A stretch of 64,000 nt of DNA from an uncultured Candidatus Saccharibacteria bacterium (GTDB taxonomy: Bacteria > Patescibacteriota > Minisyncoccia > Phycocordibacterales > UBA2100): assembly GCA_964462785.1 (NCBI GenBank), contig CAYWZA010000003.1, forward strand, positions 1 through 64,000. The letters are read 5' to 3'. The notes below the pieces were generated by a model. The model was given only the letters and a program-made list of their open reading frames with translations. It searched no databases and had not been told where the DNA came from. The position numbers and the translations under genes were made by a program. Of the stretch, positions 18,165-28,184 are shown piece after piece (position 1 is the stretch's first letter; each line of letters opens with the position of its first letter).

Positions 18165-18736
18165 CATTTTCTGCATTGGCGGCGATATTTTCGATACTTG
18201 CATCAATCGTATACGTGCACGGTATTTTGTATCGAAATAAGCAGCCTGTTAAAGCAAGCTCTATTCTCGGAAAATTATTTACCATCGCGACATTTATCGG
18301 CATGTGGCAGAAAGATGCTGTGAACGGGCAGATACTTGTTTCAGTGCTGAGCATCTTCGTGAGCACTCCGCTCACATTGCTTTACGGACGACCCGGGTGG
18401 GCACCCATCGATATCGTGTGCTTTACGCTCGGCGTATGTGGATTGTTTGTGTGGACGTTCATACAAACACCTGAAGTAGCAATTTTTGTCGGTCTATTCG
18501 TGCTTTTTATCGGCAGTGCCCCTACATGGGCATCGGCATGGGAAGATCCGAAACGAGAAAACAAAATAAGCGTATCACTCGGTATTGTTGCTTCACTGTG
18601 TGCATTCGCATCTGCGACAGACATGTCGTTTGCACATATTGCGCAGCCGATCGCGTTTCTGATCATGCAATGCATCATGGTGTATCTGTTGTGGGTAAGA
18701 CCGTACTATCTGGCAAAAGGAAAAACCCCGCACTGA
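18155..18736 (+). CDS. Multi-TM membrane protein (paralog 2)
   Basis: Start MSLTFSAL at 18155; shares VNxQILV, AQPIxFL and YLLWVRP with upstream gene. Confidence 0.75.
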   Translation: MSLTFSALAAIFSILASIVYVHGILYRNKQPVKASSILGKLFTIATFIGMWQKDAVNGQILVSVLSIFVSTPLTLLYGRPGWAPIDIVCFTLGVCGLFVWTFIQTPEVAIFVGLFVLFIGSAPTWASAWEDPKRENKISVSLGIVASLCAFASATDMSFAHIAQPIAFLIMQCIMVYLLWVRPYYLAKGKTPH

Positions 18737-18750
18737 AACAGTGCGGGGTT
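18724..18750. terminator. Bidirectional terminator-like hairpin
   Basis: AACCCCGCACTG-AAA-CAGTGCGGGGTT between convergent genes. Confidence 0.7.
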
Positions 18751-18757
18751 GTTTACA

Positions 18758-19888
18758 TTATGCGGGCATCAATACTTTTGCAGAATGTTTGTGCGAAAAG
18801 TATGCCATGCGCCGCGTGTGTTCGTTGAGATACCATTCGGTGTCGACGAATTCAGGCGGTGTTGCGAATCCCTTGGGCTTTCCCCTCACCACGATGTGAT
18901 TGGCAACGAGTGAGATACCGATTGACGTCATGATCTGCATCGCGGTGAAGCCGGTTTCCGGATCCTTGTACATATCATAGCGAATCGGCTCACCCTTATC
19001 GCCCGACACAGCAAGCACGACATGATCGGAGTCACGCTGCAGATTAAACTGCAACTCCGGATCATTGCGCAGCCTATCTGCAAGCTTTTCCGGTTGGCTC
19101 GTATAACGCCACCCTTCTTTTTTGAGTCGCGCTACATGACCCACATACCGCAGCGTCTCGTAGTTGTGCTCCTGCACGCCAAGCGCGAGCAATTGTTCCA
19201 CCATGAATCGCGAGTGATGCGAGGTTGGCGTCGATTCGAATTCATCGTCATTAAACGACGCGATAGTGCCCACGGCTGGTATTTCGACCAACTGTCCGTG
19301 GCGAATCTGCGGGCAAAATCCGGTGTATCCGCTCGCCGTACCTTCAGCGCTGTACATGAGTTTATACATAAGCGGATTCCTTGCCGGATCCGGACGCGGG
19401 TACGGATTGCCACCACAGCGCACATACACCTCTTTGCATCCATCGTGTTTCACTTTGTGCATCGTAGCGATGTTTGCACTGCCTGGTGAGAGACCGCATT
19501 CAGGAGCAATTAATGTTTCAGAGCCGCGAGCAAGCGCTGCTTGCTGCGCCACTACTTCACCACAGCCACCCAAATCGCACAGCGGCACTCTCCACTGCAG
19601 CGCATCTTTCGTGAGCTCGATGTTTTGCGCATGCGGTGCGCATGAAATTGCGACCTCAACACCTTCCCAGGTCAGCACACTTGGCTGTGCAAAATAGTGA
19701 ATCTTTTTTGCCAATTTTTCGCCAAGCAGCTCCTTAAAGCGGCGCATGCTTTCGTCCAGCGCGCTCTGTCTTTCCCAGCGCGGATCGATAGCTTTAACCG
19801 AATCCACCCTGCTGAACATCAGCTCGTTAAAGACAGTTGCTATTCCCATACCACCACCTGCGCCATAGACGGCAACACGATAGGTCAT
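18758..19888 (-). CDS. Saccharopine dehydrogenase-like oxidoreductase
   Basis: Rossmann VYGAGGGMG, CDLGG, ECGLSPG, CGG.P, YETLRYVGH, TAMQIMT; SD AAGGAG. Confidence 0.85.
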   Translation of the reverse strand: MTYRVAVYGAGGGMGIATVFNELMFSRVDSVKAIDPRWERQSALDESMRRFKELLGEKLAKKIHYFAQPSVLTWEGVEVAISCAPHAQNIELTKDALQWRVPLCDLGGCGEVVAQQAALARGSETLIAPECGLSPGSANIATMHKVKHDGCKEVYVRCGGNPYPRPDPARNPLMYKLMYSAEGTASGYTGFCPQIRHGQLVEIPAVGTIASFNDDEFESTPTSHHSRFMVEQLLALGVQEHNYETLRYVGHVARLKKEGWRYTSQPEKLADRLRNDPELQFNLQRDSDHVVLAVSGDKGEPIRYDMYKDPETGFTAMQIMTSIGISLVANHIVVRGKPKGFATPPEFVDTEWYLNEHTRRMAYFSHKHSAKVLMPA

Positions 19889-19962
19889 GTTTTCTACTCC
19901 TTTGAAAACTGTATGCACACTACACCCGTCAAATCGAGGGTGCAACGCGATATAATAAAAAA

Positions 19963-21240
19963 ATGATCAGCCAGAAATACGCCCTCACAGCGCTGCTGCT
20001 ATGTCTCGTGTGCAATACCCCATCCGCAGAGGCGGGCATCCAAGCCGCAACGGCAGACCAATGCGTCGCCATGATTGCAGCCGGCATCAAAAAAGAGGGC
20101 GAATGCATCGCGGGGAAAACCATCATCGATGACGCGACGGAAGCGCTCATTCACGCAAGCGCGGGAGCAAAATCCCCAGCTGCTTTTTTGGAAGATCACG
20201 CGTGCAAAAATACCCACATAGCGTGCCTTGATCCACAATTTTCAGCACTCGTGCAGCAATTTTATCTCGCTGGAGAAGCGGTGGGAAAACAGGAGGGTTG
20301 GCAAATGCCTCGCCTCACCGACGGTTGGCGATCGCCAGAGAGTCAGTTGAAAGCGGTGGTATCTGGGGCAAGCAAGGTGGGTCCCTGCGGCTCGCCACAC
20401 AATTATGGACTGGCTGTGGACTTTAACGATCCTCCGCTGAATAAAGGCCTCTCGCCGGCAATGAAATGGATGCGTGCGAACGCACGAAATTATGGACTTG
20501 AGGTTATTGGAGAATGGGACCCTGCACACTTTCAAATAAAGGGGTGGGCAAATCGTAGCGTGGCTCGAGGTCAGTGCATCACCGGCTGCACCGCTCCAGC
20601 TTCCGGAAAAATACAAAGCTGCACGGGAGGCGGCGGGGGTGGAGGCATTCTTGCAAACACCGGAAATGCACTCAGTAACGCATTCTCACAACTCACTCGC
20701 CCCTTCAGCAGCATGATGCAGCCAGAACCAGTAATTCCTCCCCCGCCTCCCCCAGCTGCGCTGCCGGTTGCAACAAGCACGATGCTGAAAGACGCGTTTA
20801 GAGCTCCAGCAACGCAATTCCCCACCTCCACATCTGCGCAATTCCCCTCCACACAAAATGCAAAACAGCCCGAGCCCAAAACATCTGAAGATATTTTGAC
20901 GCAGATTGCTGTCGGCAATCCAAATACTCCCCCCACCCCTGCGACGACCACTCGCCCGCTTACTGCGGAAGAACAGCAGCGCCTGCATGATCAGCAGGTA
21001 TTGCTGCAAGCCACCACTCCCGCATCCAACGTGGTGCCGACTTACACTCCCGTCATTCCTCCCGCATCCTCATTTGCCGGCTTCTCTCCTTCGGAATTCG
21101 CCGTCAGTGATATCAGCACTCGCGCGTGGTATGACCTCTATATCACCACGCTCACGCGCGTTGCGCTCGCGATCGGCGAGACAATCCGCATCATGAAGGG
21201 AGAACCGTCATCAAATACTATCGAGGGGTACTACGAATAG
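19963..21240 (+). CDS. Secreted M15-family (VanY-like) Zn peptidase with Pro/Thr-rich tail
   Basis: Signal peptide; GWRS..SQ, SPHNYGLAVD, WDPAHFQ. Confidence 0.8.
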   Translation: MISQKYALTALLLCLVCNTPSAEAGIQAATADQCVAMIAAGIKKEGECIAGKTIIDDATEALIHASAGAKSPAAFLEDHACKNTHIACLDPQFSALVQQFYLAGEAVGKQEGWQMPRLTDGWRSPESQLKAVVSGASKVGPCGSPHNYGLAVDFNDPPLNKGLSPAMKWMRANARNYGLEVIGEWDPAHFQIKGWANRSVARGQCITGCTAPASGKIQSCTGGGGGGGILANTGNALSNAFSQLTRPFSSMMQPEPVIPPPPPPAALPVATSTMLKDAFRAPATQFPTSTSAQFPSTQNAKQPEPKTSEDILTQIAVGNPNTPPTPATTTRPLTAEEQQRLHDQQVLLQATTPASNVVPTYTPVIPPASSFAGFSPSEFAVSDISTRAWYDLYITTLTRVALAIGETIRIMKGEPSSNTIEGYYE

Positions 21241-21260
21241 AGGTTGTATAATTAAATGTC

Positions 21261-22595
21261 ATGAGGTTTGGTTTGATACTGAGTATTGTTGTAGTTGCGT
21301 TCACTTCTCCCGTTTACGCCGTTGATTGCCCCGCGGGATCAAGCCCTCCCACTGCAGACGATATCAAGCTCGGCATCGGACGAGAAGGTGGCTGTGTTCC
21401 TGATACTGCGCGCTTAGTCGCGCAGGTGAAAGATGCCTCTGGAGCCATTACATATCTTGAAAGTAAAGTTTGCCCAGGAATGCAGGTTGGCTATGACGCC
21501 AGCATTAACCCTGCAATTCTGAAAGAAACGCGAGTGTATTTTACTGCAGACAACCAATCCATGGATCCAAAATTCGTCGTCTGCGCCGCACGATTTGTGC
21601 AGGAGGCAGAAAAATCATTGCAATTCCCCATCTGTGTAAAAGCTGCCCTGCGAAGCATCGCGCATCAACGTGCCTCATGTTTAGACCCTAGCAATGGTGG
21701 AAAAGTTTGTGGCAACCGCGGTGGATGTAGTAGCTTCGGGCACTGTCCGCACGTAAATGGAGCTGCTCTGGACATCAATCCAACCGGTCACAAGCGTGGT
21801 ACACCAGAAGGCGACAGGAGATACAGGATGATGCATGCATTTGCGCGCACAAATGCATCACTGGGCGTTGCATTCACTGCAATGAACATCGATGATTGGC
21901 CTCATATCGGTCCCAACGGTCAATCAAATTGTTCAGACCCGAATTTTAAAGCGCGCGGTATCAGCGACAGCGACCTCACTCCTCCCGCTTCGCCGAGAGG
22001 CGTTCTGGATCGCATCATGCAACCGCTGCGCGACTTCATAAACCCACCGCAATCAATGATGCCCCCATCGCCAAGTTCCTCACTTCCTCCAGTGACCAAC
22101 ACCGGTACGGTACTGGATTCAATTCCTGCGCCAAAACAAAATCCTCCTCCCGCACAATTTCCTACTACCGATTTCCCGCCCACCTCAATCCCACCAAGAC
22201 CAAAAACTCCCGAAGATGTCTTGCGCGATATTGCCGTAGGCCCGCCAAAGACAAGCCCTGCAACGACAACAGCGACTTCAACACGACCGCTTACGGATGA
22301 AGAAAAAATCCGCCTCGCTGCGCAGCAGGTGGGTATTCCCGCGAATTTTCCAACAAACAACACGCCTCAACCGAGCAATACTGCCCCAACCGCCCCGACT
22401 TCTGAATTTGCCGGATTCAACGGATCGCCAGCGGTAATGCCCAATAACTCTTCAGACGAATTTTTACGCCTTTATGTGCAAACGCTCACACGCGTTGCGC
22501 TTGCTATTAATGAAATAATAAGGATTATGAAGGGTGAACCGAGATTAAACGCAAATATGCAGCCAGAGCAGCGCATTGAACTCTGGGTTGAATAA
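21261..22595 (+). CDS. Secreted M15-like peptidase paralog with Pro/Thr-rich tail
   Basis: Signal peptide; LRS..HQ, CPHVNGAALD, DWPH; C-terminus shared with upstream gene. Confidence 0.7.
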   Translation: MRFGLILSIVVVAFTSPVYAVDCPAGSSPPTADDIKLGIGREGGCVPDTARLVAQVKDASGAITYLESKVCPGMQVGYDASINPAILKETRVYFTADNQSMDPKFVVCAARFVQEAEKSLQFPICVKAALRSIAHQRASCLDPSNGGKVCGNRGGCSSFGHCPHVNGAALDINPTGHKRGTPEGDRRYRMMHAFARTNASLGVAFTAMNIDDWPHIGPNGQSNCSDPNFKARGISDSDLTPPASPRGVLDRIMQPLRDFINPPQSMMPPSPSSSLPPVTNTGTVLDSIPAPKQNPPPAQFPTTDFPPTSIPPRPKTPEDVLRDIAVGPPKTSPATTTATSTRPLTDEEKIRLAAQQVGIPANFPTNNTPQPSNTAPTAPTSEFAGFNGSPAVMPNNSSDEFLRLYVQTLTRVALAINEIIRIMKGEPRLNANMQPEQRIELWVE

Positions 22596-22612
22596 CTTTA
22601 TTTCTCTTACGT

Positions 22613-23674
22613 ATGACCGACCACATATTTACCCGCGTACAACACCTTTCGTTTTTCGGCTTGCTCGCCGTAGTGACAGCCGGATTCCTCTACCTCATTT
22701 CTGATTTTATTTTGCCGATCATCTGGGCGGTCGTGCTCGCGATCATATTTGCACCCCTCTCATACCTCCTCACCCGCTATTTCGGCGGTCGCGCGACACT
22801 CGCTGCTCTTGCGACCATGCTCATAGCGATCGTGCTCGTCTTTTTGCCTGTCGCTCTCATTGGCGCTTTGCTCGCGTCGGAAACCGCTGATCTGTATCGC
22901 AGCGCCCTTTTTGCCGATCCTGCGGTGTATGATCGCGTCATCGCATCCGTTCCGCTCGCGCAGGAAGCGCTCTCGCTCTCCGGCATAGCGCCAAGCGAAG
23001 TGCATATTAAAATTGCGGAGCTGTTGCGCAACACCGGCGGCAACTTGGCAGCAGGAGCGTTCGAGGCAGGCACGAGCACCATTCGCTTCGTCGCGAAAAC
23101 ACTCGTGATGCTCTATCTACTATTCTTCTTTTTGCGCGACGGTGCACGCATCGGAGCAAAAATCATGCGCGCACTCCCTTTGGGCGATGCGAAAGAAATA
23201 TTTTTGTATGAACGCTTTGCGACAACCGTCCGCGCAACAGTAAAAGGCACGCTGGTGGTTTCAATCGCACAGGGTGCAATCGGCTCAATTCTCTTTGCGC
23301 TCGTCGGCATCCCGAGCCCAATTCTGTGGGGTATGGTGATGGCGCTCGCGGCGCTCGTCCCCGGCGTCGGCCCCGCCATCGTGTGGATCCCAGCGGCTAT
23401 CATCCTCTTTGCAATGGGAGAAAGCATACAGGCGCTTATCGTAGTGCTCGGCGGCGTACTCGTGCTCAGCACTATAGATAACTTCCTGCGCCCGATTCTT
23501 GTGGGGCGCGACACCGACATGCCCGATGCACTCATACTGCTCTCTGTCCTCGGTGGGCTCGGTGCATTTGGCATCTCCGGCATTATCCTTGGTCCCACCC
23601 TTGCGGCATTGTTCCTTGCATCGTGGCAGTTATTTGAAGAAGAATACCGCGTTCAGTTAACTGAACGCGGATAG
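22613..23674 (+). CDS. AI-2E family transporter
   Basis: Multi-TM; FFFLRDG, IDNFLRPILVG, GGLGAFGISGIILGP. Confidence 0.93.
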   Translation: MTDHIFTRVQHLSFFGLLAVVTAGFLYLISDFILPIIWAVVLAIIFAPLSYLLTRYFGGRATLAALATMLIAIVLVFLPVALIGALLASETADLYRSALFADPAVYDRVIASVPLAQEALSLSGIAPSEVHIKIAELLRNTGGNLAAGAFEAGTSTIRFVAKTLVMLYLLFFFLRDGARIGAKIMRALPLGDAKEIFLYERFATTVRATVKGTLVVSIAQGAIGSILFALVGIPSPILWGMVMALAALVPGVGPAIVWIPAAIILFAMGESIQALIVVLGGVLVLSTIDNFLRPILVGRDTDMPDALILLSVLGGLGAFGISGIILGPTLAALFLASWQLFEEEYRVQLTERG

Positions 23675-23730
23675 CAGTGCGACAAAACGCATGGTACAGT
23701 AAGTAGGCGCTGAAAAGCGCCCTTTATCCT

Positions 23731-24381
23731 ATGGGATTCACTAAATACACGACTTCAAAAGAAAAGGAGCGCTTGCGCATCAATGATGCTATTCGTGCAC
23801 GCGAATTGCGCGTCGTCGGTCCCGAGGGGGAGAATTTTGGCGTGCTGTCATCCGATGAAGCACTCGCCAAGGCGCGGGAAATGGGGCTCGACCTCATCGA
23901 GGTGTCGGCAAACGCCACCCCCCCTGTCGCCCGCATCGCCGATTTGGGCAAGTATAAGTATGAGATGAAGAAAAAGGCCAAGGAAGTCAAGGCAAAAGCC
24001 CATGTCACCGAAACAAAAACGACGCAGGTCAAAATCGGCACCGGCGAGCGCGATATGCACCTTAAGGCATCTCAAGCGGCTGGCTGGCTCCGCGAGGGGC
24101 ATCGGGTCAAAGTGGATCTCTTTCTGTGGGGGCGATACAAGTACATGGAATTCAACTTCCTCAAGGAACGTCTCGAGCGGTTCCTTGCAATTATCCCAGA
24201 ATCATTTAAAATCGCGGACGACATCAAGAAGAGTCTAAAAGGCCTTTCTGTGGTGGTTGAGCGCGATAAATCGGGCAAAAGATGGGTCCCCAGCGCTCCA
24301 AAAGGTCCCTCGCTTGATGCCCCTCCCGAGGAAGAGGAGATGGCGGCAGAGGAAGAAGAGGCGGGAGACGAGGAAAAATAA
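23731..24381 (+). CDS. infC: Translation initiation factor IF-3
   Basis: RINDAIRARELRVV...GLDLIEVS...PPVARIAD.GKYKYE. Confidence 0.96.
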   Translation: MGFTKYTTSKEKERLRINDAIRARELRVVGPEGENFGVLSSDEALAKAREMGLDLIEVSANATPPVARIADLGKYKYEMKKKAKEVKAKAHVTETKTTQVKIGTGERDMHLKASQAAGWLREGHRVKVDLFLWGRYKYMEFNFLKERLERFLAIIPESFKIADDIKKSLKGLSVVVERDKSGKRWVPSAPKGPSLDAPPEEEEMAAEEEEAGDEEK

Positions 24382-24390
24382 AAACATTCT

Positions 24391-24588
24391 ATGAAATCAA
24401 ATAAATCATTTTCTAAGCGCCTGCGCGTCACCCGCAACGGTAAAATCATCGCGCGCGTGCCGGGGCAAAATCATTTCAATGCAAAAGAGGGTCGCCGCCG
24501 CCAGATGCGGAGGCGCCGCATGGTCAGCTTTGGACTTAACAACAAATCCCGCCAGCAATTCTTGCAGGATGCAGGAAGCAAAAAATAA
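24391..24588 (+). CDS. rpmI: 50S ribosomal protein L35
   Basis: KSNKSFSKRLRVTRNGKI...HFNAK; between infC and rplT. Confidence 0.93.
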   Translation: MKSNKSFSKRLRVTRNGKIIARVPGQNHFNAKEGRRRQMRRRRMVSFGLNNKSRQQFLQDAGSKK

Positions 24589-24591
24589 TTT

Positions 24592-24939
24592 ATGTCACGC
24601 GTTAAAGGAGGAGTACAAGCACTGAAGCGCCGCCGCAACGTCCTTAAGCAGGTAAAGGGCTACCGCTTCTCACGCTCCACAAAAGAGCGCTCGGCACGCG
24701 ATGCTATCTTTAAGGCAGGTACCTACGCATTCCGCGATCGCCGCAAAAAGAAGAGCGGTTTCCGCGCACTGTGGAACATCCGCATCAATGCTGCCGTACG
24801 CGCAGCCGGCTTCCCTTCGTACAGCCGCTTCATCGACGCACTCAAAAAGCGCAACATCGCCCTCGATCGCAAAATTCTCGCGCAACTCGCAAAAGATCAT
24901 CCTGAGACTTTCAACCGCATCGTTGCGTTGGTGAAGTAG
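24592..24939 (+). CDS. rplT: 50S ribosomal protein L20
   Basis: MSRVKGG...FRALWNIRINAA...LDRKILAQLA. Confidence 0.97.
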   Translation: MSRVKGGVQALKRRRNVLKQVKGYRFSRSTKERSARDAIFKAGTYAFRDRRKKKSGFRALWNIRINAAVRAAGFPSYSRFIDALKKRNIALDRKILAQLAKDHPETFNRIVALVK

Positions 24940-24950
24940 TTTAAACCCAA

Positions 24951-24990
24951 GCAAAAAATGCGCTGAGTATCGATGCTCAGCGCATTTTGC
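24951..24990. terminator. Terminator-like hairpin after rplT
   Basis: AAAATGCGCTGAGTAT-CG-ATGCTCAGCGCATTTT. Confidence 0.7.
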
Positions 24991-25006
24991 AATAACCTCC
25001 CTGACC

Positions 25007-25240
25007 CTAGCACGGAACAGCCTCAACAAGAGAGCGCTGTTTGATACGCACCCGCCAGTGATCACGCCGGTACGTTTGTATCCGGGCAACGATCGTACCA
25101 GCTTCGTCGGTCAACATATCTTGCGACACATCCTTGATGCGAACCCGCTTCCCCTCTCGTGGAGGCCAATCTTTAAGGGCGTCAGCGATGATAGTCCGCA
25201 CTTTCAAGCTAAGCTCCGGTCCCAGTTCACGCATCTTCAT
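25007..25240 (-). CDS. Small hypothetical protein
   Basis: MKMRELGPELS...; SD AAGGAG upstream of ATG 25240. Confidence 0.5.
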   Translation of the reverse strand: MKMRELGPELSLKVRTIIADALKDWPPREGKRVRIKDVSQDMLTDEAGTIVARIQTYRRDHWRVRIKQRSLVEAVPC

Positions 25241-25356
25241 GGGATGCTCCTTGCATTTCCCCGAACTCCACAATGTACTCTACTACCAATCTACTAAAAA
25301 TAGAGCGAAAAAGAAACCGGCGGCACATGGTGGGCCGCCGGTAGTTTTGGTGGGAG

Positions 25357-25719
25357 TTACTCTACATCATTCCCATGACCTCGCTCGTCAGAGATGGTGT
25401 AGAGCCCATCTTCGTCGCAACACACCGTCGCCGCCTGCTCGCGGTAGAACCGTGCGATTGGGCACGCTTCTCGATGTGCTGCGAACGACACCGCGAAACT
25501 CTCATACGGATCCTCATCTGGACTGATTGCCCAGTCTTGGATACGCCCGAGAGCCTGCATGACTGCTGCCGCAATCGCCCCTGGAGACTCGTTGTGAGAA
25601 TTACCCCACTCGATCTCATTGGCGATTCTGCGGAAACACTCCGCTGCCGCGTGCCGCCCCCCGATGCCTTTCAGCATCAGTTCCCCGATTTCCTCGTGGA
25701 TACTCTTTTCTTTCGTCAT
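25357..25719 (-). CDS. Hypothetical protein (120 aa)
   Basis: SD AGGAGG upstream; downstream hairpin ~25314-25345. Confidence 0.55.
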   Translation of the reverse strand: MTKEKSIHEEIGELMLKGIGGRHAAAECFRRIANEIEWGNSHNESPGAIAAAVMQALGRIQDWAISPDEDPYESFAVSFAAHREACPIARFYREQAATVCCDEDGLYTISDERGHGNDVE

Positions 25720-25877
25720 GGGTCTTCCTCCTGCCCTCGGGCGCGGGATTGCGCTTCAAGGTCATATGAAGATTCCGATATATTTATCGGGTCTCCTTTG
25801 CGTTCGTAGTTGACCGAGTTCGGAGTTTTTCCCTGACGTGCCGAAAAGTATTATATGCCTATTTGATGTTCTGTCAA

Positions 25878-26010
25878 GGCACGAGCGCGCATGAGGTTTA
25901 AGCAAACATCGCGCAGCGCGCTTTCACACGTATGAATACGGCGCAGTAATGCAAACTGTTCATGTATGTTAGTCATCTCGTTTGCGAGAACCTGCATGCT
26001 CGCTCGTGCC
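25878..26010. repeat. MITE-like long imperfect hairpin element
   Basis: Termini GGCACGAGCGCGCATGAGGTT / AACCTGCATGCTCGCTCGTGCC; central CGTATGAATACG. Confidence 0.6.
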
Positions 26011-26026
26011 GGTGCTGCGAAACTTG

Positions 26027-26755
26027 TCAGTGCATGTTGGCGCGGTCTTCGCCAATCCAGCCGGAGTCGTAATTTCTGTATACTGCGAGCGACTTCTGCT
26101 TGTTCTGCTTCGCCATGTCCATCAGACGCTCGATGAGTGCCTTTGGGTCTTTGTCGATAATCACATTATTCATCGGGCGATGACTCTCGCGCATGATGTG
26201 TTTTAAGACCTCATCGGTGTGCCATGAGCCTTCGAGAATACCAATTGGCTTTTTATCTTCATACGCCACAGTGAATTCGTGGATGGTGCCGACGCGCCCA
26301 CACCCGAGCACGACTGCATCCGCAGAGCGCGTGAGCAATAAATCCCGACCGGGAAACCCGAAGCCGGTGTACACCACAATATCCATGTAATCGAGTGGCA
26401 AACGAAACACTTCTACGTGCTCGCGCTCGCTCGCAGCCGGTGAGAAGCCTACTGAAAATCCACCCTCTTCTTTTGCGCCCACTGCTGCATAGAGCGGAAT
26501 GCCAGTGGTTGCACCAGTGATGAGGACGGCGCCTTGGCGCACTATTTGCCGCCCCATCTCTTTGCTCATTTCGTAGGCATCAAGACCGCAGTGCCCCGTC
26601 TCTGCTGCGCCCGAAACACATATTTTTATTTTCTCGTGCCCATGCTGCGCATGCCCAAAGCGGTTCGCGGGCATGCGATCATGCGGATGCGATACGTGCA
26701 AAAAATCCCTCGCAAAAGCGGCGTCATGCGAATTCTGAACGACATCCTCTGGCAT
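26027..26755 (-). CDS. LOG family / TIGR00725-like Rossmann-fold protein
   Basis: ITGATTG, TGFGFPGRDL, GRVGTIHEF. Confidence 0.85.
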   Translation of the reverse strand: MPEDVVQNSHDAAFARDFLHVSHPHDRMPANRFGHAQHGHEKIKICVSGAAETGHCGLDAYEMSKEMGRQIVRQGAVLITGATTGIPLYAAVGAKEEGGFSVGFSPAASEREHVEVFRLPLDYMDIVVYTGFGFPGRDLLLTRSADAVVLGCGRVGTIHEFTVAYEDKKPIGILEGSWHTDEVLKHIMRESHRPMNNVIIDKDPKALIERLMDMAKQNKQKSLAVYRNYDSGWIGEDRANMH

Positions 26756-26798
26756 TACTTACAGTATACCGTGCTTTTGCAAGTGCCTTTCGCACATA

Positions 26799-28184
26799 TC
26801 ACCAGTCAAGCACAAACGCTTCGTTTGCATCCGGCGCAATCGCGTCAACCCCGAGAAAATCACGCAAACGCTGCGTGAGAAACAGCGCAGAACGCGGCTC
26901 CCCCATAGCCACAAACACCCGCTTGAGCGTTGCTGCAGTCTTTTCTATGAATGCAATGAGTCCGTCACGGTCTTTATGTGCCGAATATCCATGTAACTGC
27001 GCGATTCTAGCGCGCACGCGCACCCATTGCCCGTCAATACGCACCTTCGACGCTCCTTCGGCAAGCCGCCGCCCCAATGAACCGACTGACTGATATCCGG
27101 GAAATAAAATGGTGGTGTGCCGCTCGCTTAAAAACACGCGCTCGTGCGAGCGGATCCGCCCGCCTGATGACATGCCCGAACCGGCGATAATAACTTTTGG
27201 ATTTGGTGAATCATAGATGCCGCGAGAATCCGCCGCGCTCGCTGTTATCGTCAGACCATCAAAAGAAAACGGATCGCCTGACTTCAATTTTTTCTGTACT
27301 TCATCATTCAAATAGCTTGGGTACTTCCTATACACCGCCATCAGCTGGATGGCGAGCGGAGCATCCAGAAAAACTGGTATGGACTTAATAGCGCCGCTCC
27401 CGATCAGTGCGCTTATCTCGTACAGAAGAATTTGCGTCCGCTCGAGTGAGAATGCCGGGATGAGAAGGACGCCCGCGTGCTTGCGGGTGTATTCCACCGC
27501 TTCCTTAAGCGTCTCGCGGCGCGTGTCGGTCCCCTCATGATTGCGGTCTCCATAGACACTTTCCATAACGATGTATGTGGCATCTGAGATTTCTTCCGTC
27601 TTTCGCGCTATGGGTGCGTTGTCGTTTCCTAAATCACCTGTGAAAACAATTTTTTTGCCGCCGCGTGACAATTCCACCATTGCAGAGCCGAGTATGTGCC
27701 CCGCATCGCGTAGTCGCACCTGTACCCCATCAGCTAATTGCAAATCCTCGTGATACTCAATGGTCGACCACAATGACAGCGCGTGTTCGATATCTTCCTC
27801 GGTATAGAGCAGCGGTCGTGGATTTCCACGCTTAGCCAGCTCTTCCTTCAACACTTTGAGTGCATCTGCGAGCATGAGCTCAGTGATGTCTTTCGTGGGC
27901 GGTGTCGAATAGATTTTTCCCCTGAAACCCTGCGCTACTAAACGCGGTATGCGCCCAATATGATCGGTGTGCCCGTGCGTGACGATGAGCACATCAATTG
28001 ATGCGGGATTGTATCCGAAATCCGCCCAGTTTGCTTCAGCGCAAAAATCGCCATTTTGAATAAGACCGCAGTCGATGAGTATCTTTTGCGTGCCGGTTTC
28101 TAAAAGAAAATTGGCGCCGGTTACAGTTCCGGCGCCACTTTTAAAGGTGAGGGTTGCTTTTGTGTCGTCAGCGCGCTCTGCCAT
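26799..28184 (-). CDS. MBL-fold beta-CASP ribonuclease
   Basis: THGHTDHIG, AGHILGS, FTGDLG, MESVYG, GSGMSSGGR, YSAH. Confidence 0.93.
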   Translation of the reverse strand: MAERADDTKATLTFKSGAGTVTGANFLLETGTQKILIDCGLIQNGDFCAEANWADFGYNPASIDVLIVTHGHTDHIGRIPRLVAQGFRGKIYSTPPTKDITELMLADALKVLKEELAKRGNPRPLLYTEEDIEHALSLWSTIEYHEDLQLADGVQVRLRDAGHILGSAMVELSRGGKKIVFTGDLGNDNAPIARKTEEISDATYIVMESVYGDRNHEGTDTRRETLKEAVEYTRKHAGVLLIPAFSLERTQILLYEISALIGSGAIKSIPVFLDAPLAIQLMAVYRKYPSYLNDEVQKKLKSGDPFSFDGLTITASAADSRGIYDSPNPKVIIAGSGMSSGGRIRSHERVFLSERHTTILFPGYQSVGSLGRRLAEGASKVRIDGQWVRVRARIAQLHGYSAHKDRDGLIAFIEKTAATLKRVFVAMGEPRSALFLTQRLRDFLGVDAIAPDANEAFVLDW

